A stretch of DNA of 64,000 nucleotides, from the NCBI GenBank assembly GCA_964019425.1, contig OZ025781.1:682001-746000 (forward strand). The letters are read 5' to 3'. A model generated the notes under the pieces. That model had not been told where the DNA came from. It saw nothing but the letters and a program-made list of their open reading frames with translations, and ran no database searches. Source of the stretch: Flectonema sp. DT1601. Taxonomy: Eukaryota. Every line of letters starts with the position of its first letter. Positions within the stretch are counted from its first letter, which is position 1. The position numbers and the translations under genes were made by a program. Below, piece by piece: positions 57,682-64,000 of this stretch.

Positions 57682-59500
57682 ATGTAAAGTGTTGAATTGA
57701 TTCTTGGTTGTCATGTATTTTATATTTTTAATGTTTTGTTGTCAATAAAACGTGGTATCAACTTTTACCAAGTGACGAGACCTCGGAATCTATGATTCTC
57801 CTCGCGTCTCATCACTTCTCTTCCGATGATATTATTCTGCCAAGTTATCTTTTTTTCCCTGAGCGTTTGCTAGTAATACTGTTTGCGATTATACAAAAAT
57901 CTACGTCTGTTTTCTGAGTAATCTTTTTTTTTTGTTCCGACGAAGTCGGAAAAGAAACTATTCAGATTGAAAGTCGATATTTCTTATGGTCATGATTAAT
58001 TTTCACCATGCGACAGGATTTTGTCCCCCCGAATTGCCAGATTCGACAACGTCTTGTGGTCAGTAAGACGAAAAATAGTTTTTTTTTCATTTTTATATTT
58101 TCTTTTTTGTTTTTTCTAAACGTAATTATTCTTTGATTAACAATTACAAATATTTTTCAGTCAAGTACTTGATATTAATTTTGTTTTTAATACCTAAAGT
58201 TATTACTGTTTTTACATTGTAAAAGTAGCACCCCATGCGACAGGATTTTATCTGTGTTTAACGAAATATAAGGCTGATCTGAATGGTTTTTTTGTACTTA
58301 TTTTGTTTCACACCCCGTCCTTGGATCTGACAGGTATTTTTCAGTTGAGTACTTTGATATTAATTTAATTTTAATACCAAAATTCCATGTTGGTAACGTG
58401 CCGCTAACAATGAATGAAGAGGGAGAAAAGCTTCTGTTTGGTTGGGTCAACCAACTGAACGTTTCTCCGCCGATATCGGGACGGAAATTATTTACAAGAT
58501 ATTCGTAAAATGTATCAAGCGAAAGTTATTTTGTAGTGTTCATTCTTTTATCAGACTTTCAAGCCTTTCCCCGTTTTCAATAAATCTTAATCCCACCCGC
58601 CATTCCTCGTAGTGCCGATCCTCCCCAAGGGAAGATCGGCACATTAATGTTCATGAAGCAGATACTCTAAGGCAGACGTCTACTCGTCGTCAAGGGTAGA
58701 CCGCCAAGTTGACGACCCTATATGTATATGATTACCGAGTGAATTGTTTTCTATCCTTCATCATCATCTTTCTTTCATCAGGTGCAAAAAGAATGCAATA
58801 GTTGATTACCGAGTACAACAAAGTTTTTATATTTATCACTCTAATTTACTACACTCAGTAGATGTAAATTCATGTAGCGTTGGTGCATCAAAGTAGTTGA
58901 GAATTTGAATCAAAACTGCCTCGAAGATTCTGTTTTTAAGTTGTCAAAGTTTCACCCCAACCTTCGGATTTAATAAAAGAGCTGTTTTATTATTTTTAAT
59001 ATAAGCTAACTCATTTGTTTGAAAAAAATGATTTCCAATTAATGTCTTTGCTGAAAAAACCCGTCGATGCCACCACCCCAACATTATTTGTTAGGATTAT
59101 ACAGCCCCCTCATGTTTTCTAACTGAATTCTGGATAACACTACCATAATTTATGTAAAGTGAGTACTCCGCTATTAGTGTTACTACGAACTAGCAATATG
59201 GGTAGGCCATCAAATCCTGATGGATAGATTAGGGGGGTGTGTGTCCTGTCGGTTCCGAATGTGAAATCTATTACAATTAATGAAGACTTGGTTGTGGATT
59301 TACTTATTAATTTATTAGAGGATTCAGACATTCTAGTTTTTAGAGAAGAGCAAGACGGGTCATGTTATTTTATAGGAAATTACAACTACAGAATATGTTG
59401 CACTATTCAGGAATCGAAGCTGCTTTTCAGTTTTTCCTTATTACTTTACGATTGTTGCCGCCGTTTTGGAACACTTCATCAATATTAATATCTCTCACCA

Positions 59501-60027
59501 ATGCAAGTTTTTGTGACGTGTCCGGATTTGGGATTCCCTGCGGTGTCAGTCACGGTTGGTGCTGATTCTGTTGTGAGCGACGTGTTGACGGAAGCGGCTG
59601 GCGAGTGGGATGTCGATGCGGAGGAAGTTGTACTGTTGTTCGCTGGTGATGTCCTTTGTGAAAGTGAGCGGCTGGCAGATCATGGAGTGGGTGGAGACAG
59701 CGAGTTGGAAATGCGGAAGAAGCTGATTCGGATCTTCGGTAAAAACTGGTTTGTTGATGATAGAAAAAGGCAGATGCTGCTTCTTTGGATTAGAGACCAC
59801 AATACGGAGGATTTATATCTGGACACTCCCGCATTCTTGGAGGATGGTTGCCTCACTGTTGACAAAAGATTGCTTCCTTCAGATGCCAAACGGATTTCCT
59901 TCCGCCATTCAAACTCCAACAGCACGGTCATCTCACAAGTTACTTCTATTGAAGATCTTTTTTTATCTAATTGTTCACAAATCACTTCTCTTGACCTTTC
60001 AGGTCTTAGTAGTACCAGTATTGGAAA
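59501..60027 (+). pseudogene. Truncated UBL-LRR copy 5
   Basis: UBL, linker and one repeat (with a 3-nt deletion), then unrelated sequence; a repeat remnant resumes at about 60877-60918; the upstream pyrimidine-AG segment is deleted. Confidence 0.85.
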
Positions 60028-60876
60028 TGTATTCTTTTATCCCCGTTTTATTTTCTGGTAGCCTAACCTTTAAAAAAAAAGGACAACATAGCAGCAGGTC
60101 AGGTGATCCTGGCCCGTGATACTCAGGCACCCAGAGCTCACAGGGGCACCGGATTTTTATTTTTTCCTTAGTGGCATGATTTCCCTTTACCCCCATTTCC
60201 TTCAAACTTCCCCCGTTTCGTCTTTTCACGCATGGGGGGATTATAAGTTCAGGTCGCCTGAAATATATTAACAGTATCAGCCCCGCGAGTTACTCGGGGA
60301 GCTCCCATGCAATGTGTGGAGAAAGAGGCCATCCCTGTAGCTCCCGTACTGGGGGTTATGATTGTTGAAAATTACAACCCGTTGTATCAAGACTTGTGCT
60401 CTAGTAATGGTGGTAATGGAGCCCTGCTATTAGGCTCCTTCATTGGGGCTGAACGCGCTTACGTGTTAACCATACGCATACGGGTCGACCACCGAAGTTA
60501 CTGTGAACAAACCAGCGTGTTCAAAGCAGGCGTTCGTCTTGTATGATAAAGCATGGAATAACAAGGGATCGATTCTCTCGGTCATTTTTGTTCCCCCTAC
60601 CTCTCTGCTTTACTACGTCGTTTTTTGTGGCATTTCTTTTCTTATTTTCTTTTCTTTTCCATCCTGTTCCTTCACATGCAGTTTTTCGAGCGGTTGTGAA
60701 CCACCTTGGGTCTCTTACGGTCTCCAAGCTACTGTTGTGCGAAGAAACAAATCTGTTGGTGCGGTGGCCTTCCGACGCCACCTGGGCCGCAACTCGTTCA
60801 CAGTGCCCTACCCGGTTCTCCACCGGACCGCCTGAGCGACGGGATCCATGGGATTCAAACCCCTAAACACTGGTTA
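60028..60876. mobile_element. Unclassified insertion of about 850 bp inside an LRR unit
   Basis: Non-LRR, GC-richer sequence between ttggaaa and ttttattgttcagaaatc; TGT..ACA ends (60028/60869) followed by cTGG; no credible ORF and no TSD seen. Confidence 0.45.
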
Positions 60877-60917
60877 ATTTTTTTTTATTGTTCAGAAATC
60901 ACTTCTGTTGACCTTTC

Positions 60918-61092
60918 ATGTACGAAACATACCATGCACCACTCTGATGTTTCATGATTGATATGGTTACACACACACAAATATTTTATGCTGATTAACT
61001 CTCCCATTCTCTCTCTCTGGTATTTTTGATTTCCTGTTCTACATGAAGTTCCCCACCCATGGGTAAATTCCATGGTGAATTGTATCCCATCA
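60918..61092. repeat. Partial unit of the 265-bp satellite
   Basis: atgtacgaaacatacc...gaattgtatcccatca matches the first two thirds of the unit. Confidence 0.93.
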
Positions 61093-61228
61093 TGGAAAAT
61101 TCTACTCACGCCGTCCAATTACCATCTACTTTGACCAATCTGATGTTTCGGATCGATGTAGTTACACACATTGTTGAACGTCTAGGTTGCCGTTAGTTCT
61201 AATTATTTTTACAGAATATTATAATAGA

Positions 61229-61780
61229 ATGCCTGCGTGTTGTGTACTACAAGACAACAAGTGGAGGTTAAACACTTTACAACACAGTGATCTACTAGAT
61301 GTGTTTTCTGAGTGGACAATACCTGAATTAATAGGTGATGAGATACCTGTTGAATATTACCAAAAACAATGTAAAGAATTGAAAATAAGAAACAAACAGA
61401 AAATTGAAGAATTACTATTTGTCAAACAGACATCGTTGGACTTGTCGAAGAGTTTTGTAGGGAGGGTTGGAATACTTCCTATTTTTGGAGTTTTATCGTT
61501 ATTGAATAATTTGAAAGAAATAAACCTATCTCACAGTCAATTAGAATCTCCAATTATTACTATTCTGGCTAAAATATTATCACGTCATCCTTCACTAGAG
61601 TCGGTTGATGTGTCGTATAATCCATTTTCATCATTGGGAGTGCAAGCTTTATTAGAAGCTGCGGTATTCAATTCAAACCTCTCTGTGATAACATTAACAG
61701 GAGTCGATGCTGTTTCTAGTCTTGTTCGTAGATTAAACGAACGATTGCAACTTAATCAACGTCAAAAACAACACAGTTAA
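61229..61780 (+). CDS. Small RNI-like leucine-rich repeat protein (unrelated to the 25-aa family)
   Basis: LDLSKSFVG, LKEINLSHSQL, HPSLESVDVSYNPF units at about 28-aa spacing. Confidence 0.7.
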   Translation: MPACCVLQDNKWRLNTLQHSDLLDVFSEWTIPELIGDEIPVEYYQKQCKELKIRNKQKIEELLFVKQTSLDLSKSFVGRVGILPIFGVLSLLNNLKEINLSHSQLESPIITILAKILSRHPSLESVDVSYNPFSSLGVQALLEAAVFNSNLSVITLTGVDAVSSLVRRLNERLQLNQRQKQHS

Positions 61781-61922
61781 GATAATTCATTTCTTGGTAG
61801 AGAATTTACATTCTCTAATCTCTAATTAAGATAGAATTATTATCGATGTAATACACAAGTCAGTGCGTATAATTTGTTATGGTGTTCATAATTATTTTTA
61901 TCAAAGCGATTCAACGTTTAAA

Positions 61923-62765
61923 ATGGATCGCCGAGCTGTAAGAGAACAACTCAACAGGGATGCATTATCACCTCATGAACCACCTCGAAAATCAAAAGCG
62001 AGGGAAGCACCAATGATGGTGTTGTCGGAAGGCGTTTCATCTGACGCAACTCGACTACTTCAAGAAATTGAGAGAAAACCAGCCATACTACTCCCTGAAC
62101 CGGCGATGATCGCAACCAGAGAAGAGAAGAAAAAAAGGAGAGCTCGTCGATATAAAACGACAGTGCCGTTAGAAAGAAAGAAAAATCCACCGAACTTTAT
62201 TCCAATGCGCAATTCACTTGGGGAAATAACGAACAAGAACGTCATCAATCAAAAAAGGAACAGCAAAGAGAAGGCTAGCGACATATTCACATCTGAACTA
62301 CGGAGACTATTAGACGTTCTTGTCGATGAGGGAACATCTTGTGATTCCACTATCGTCAATCGACAACGGAACAGAAAGTGTCCTCCTCCGCTTCCTGTTC
62401 GTGTGAAGACCCCCGCCGGAGGGAATATTGTTACGATTTGTCAGTCAAAAAATACAAAAATAAGCAAAGCTACGCAGCCACTACAAAAGAGATCTCACGA
62501 TTTTGTACAACTGACAGGTTGTCCTGCACAACTATCAGCATCGTCACCGTATATACAACTCGATAATAGATCAACATCTCAAGAATTAGCGCATCTAATG
62601 CGAGTTCGTACTCCGCTATTAGGAAATCGTCGATCAATAGCAAAGAAGGTTCCAAAAGCTTCGATTGCAACAGGTCGAAGCATATCAACAATAATATCAT
62701 CTGGCAACTATTGGGGAAGGTCTATCTTGGCTCCATTTGCAATGTCTAGTTTAGCTAATTTATGA
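61923..62765 (+). CDS. Hypothetical basic protein
   Basis: 280-aa ORF from MDRRAV with coding-like composition; no recognised motif. Confidence 0.55.
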   Translation: MDRRAVREQLNRDALSPHEPPRKSKAREAPMMVLSEGVSSDATRLLQEIERKPAILLPEPAMIATREEKKKRRARRYKTTVPLERKKNPPNFIPMRNSLGEITNKNVINQKRNSKEKASDIFTSELRRLLDVLVDEGTSCDSTIVNRQRNRKCPPPLPVRVKTPAGGNIVTICQSKNTKISKATQPLQKRSHDFVQLTGCPAQLSASSPYIQLDNRSTSQELAHLMRVRTPLLGNRRSIAKKVPKASIATGRSISTIISSGNYWGRSILAPFAMSSLANL

Positions 62766-62954
62766 AGAATCCATATTTTCTTTTTTTTTTTTTAAAATAA
62801 AATTAAATATATAAATTTACACGAATGCCTCACCTTCCTCGCGTTGCCACGAGAGGAACTGTTTCTTTTATTGGCTGCTTTTTGTTTCTTCTGAGAAGAG
62901 TGTGAGAGTGTTTCAACATAATAATAAATTATATTACTTTCTAAGGTCAACAAA

Positions 62955-64000
62955 ATGCAGAACGGAATTCGTCATCTCCGTCACATAAGAATATGGTTTC
63001 GACCTGATGTACCTCGTGGTGACAGATGGCATGGTGGAATGCTTCAATACATACAGGATTACTTACCAAAGTTCCAAGATCAAAACCCTGAAGTAAAAAT
63101 AGAAACTCACACTCTCGTTGAGCAACATGAGAAATATGGTAACGAACAATTCCCTAAAATTGTTGGATACTATTTGAACGGAACTGCTGTGACCATCAGA
63201 GCATGGAAAATGAACCCTGAAGGTATTCATCAACACATTCACGAATTGAGGAATCGCTGTAACGACGTCGAACAACGACCACATCAAACCAGAGTAATAA
63301 AATCAGATCAAGAATCAATTCAAGGTTCATACACTCCTTTATTATGGTTGAAGGAGGACTACCTACCAGAGCCATACAACTATGATGAGTTGTGGAAGGA
63401 TGAGGTAAAAGACATTGCGAAATTCGTTCGCAGAAAGAAACAACACAGAGAGCAAGAATTCAACAAAAAATATTTCGTCCAAGTCGAGACTAGAAAGAAG
63501 ATGGAGAAGAGATGGAAAGACACAGTCTTTCCATACACTATCGGAAGCAACATGGAAGCAGTACCTGGAAGAATGCATCTCGAAGACACTAAAACCATTT
63601 TCCAAGAGGCTGGTTCATCACCTCCACAATCAGCCCTTGAAAGGGGAGGAGGAGGTTTCATGGGTGGGTTTGTCTCTCCATATTCAGCCAGTGAGAAGTC
63701 TGCCTTGACGAGTGGTGGAGGAAACAAAGTACGTATTTCATTATTTATACCTCGAAAAAAAATATTAATTTATCCCTATAGTTACTGCGACACGGATTAT
63801 TATTACACTGTTATAATTAACAAAAAAAAAAAAAAAAAAAAAAAAAAAACAGTACGACGTTGATGGGCATGAGGTTGGTGGAAAAGTTCCACCGTTTGCG
63901 GGAGCTCCTTACCAATCGGGTTACGGTGATTATGAAAATTTTTGGAAGAATTGGGATCTATTTCACTACTCTTCAGCATCTTACCGTCCTCATCCTAAAG
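62955..64000 (+). CDS. MRPL43: Mitochondrial ribosomal protein mL43-like (L51/S25/CI-B8 domain) with C-terminal extension; intron 63729-63852; runs off the window
   Basis: MQNGIRHLRHIRIWF, GMLQYIQDYLPKFQDQNPEV, PKIVGYYLNG; after a GTACGT..AAACAG intron the frame stays open (YDVDGHEV...) to the window end. Confidence 0.8.

Noticed and set aside
60861..60867. Telomeric repeat (ccctaaa; also taacccta near 1700)
   Set aside because: Single isolated units, expected by chance

Overview
AT-rich eukaryotic DNA. All credible genes lie on the + strand, with a few short GT-AG introns; this fits a euglenozoan such as a diplonemid, but the taxon is inferred. 0.5-19 kb: single-copy genes (SLC18-like MFS, YbjN-like, voltage-sensor-only, NRF-6-like acyltransferase, HECT ligase, RMD1/DUF155, PDZ). 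20.1-26.8 kb: about 25 copies of a 263-269 bp satellite, followed by a TAF2-like gene. 32.2-60.9 kb: a tandem cluster of genes encoding a ubiquitin-like domain plus hypervariable 25-aa BspA/TpLRR-type repeats (3 intact, 1 interrupted, 2 remnants), bracketed by the same satellite. One copy carries an apparently full-length 7.8 kb GC-rich non-LTR retrotransposon. It begins with an HDV-like ribozyme fold and has a Gln-rich ORF1 in frame with the host LRR gene. A single in-frame UGA and a 2A (DVERNPGP) motif precede an ATG-less APE-RT ORF2 that ends in three Cys/His repeats. The element is flanked by an in-register but non-identical 20-nt overlap, about 7 LRR units not seen elsewhere in the window, and a 4.4 kb duplication. 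Together these suggest, as a hypothesis, a repeat-targeting LINE that shuffles LRR modules. The window ends with an LRR gene, a hypothetical gene and mitochondrial mL43. Family calls rest on motif recognition only; no searches were run.
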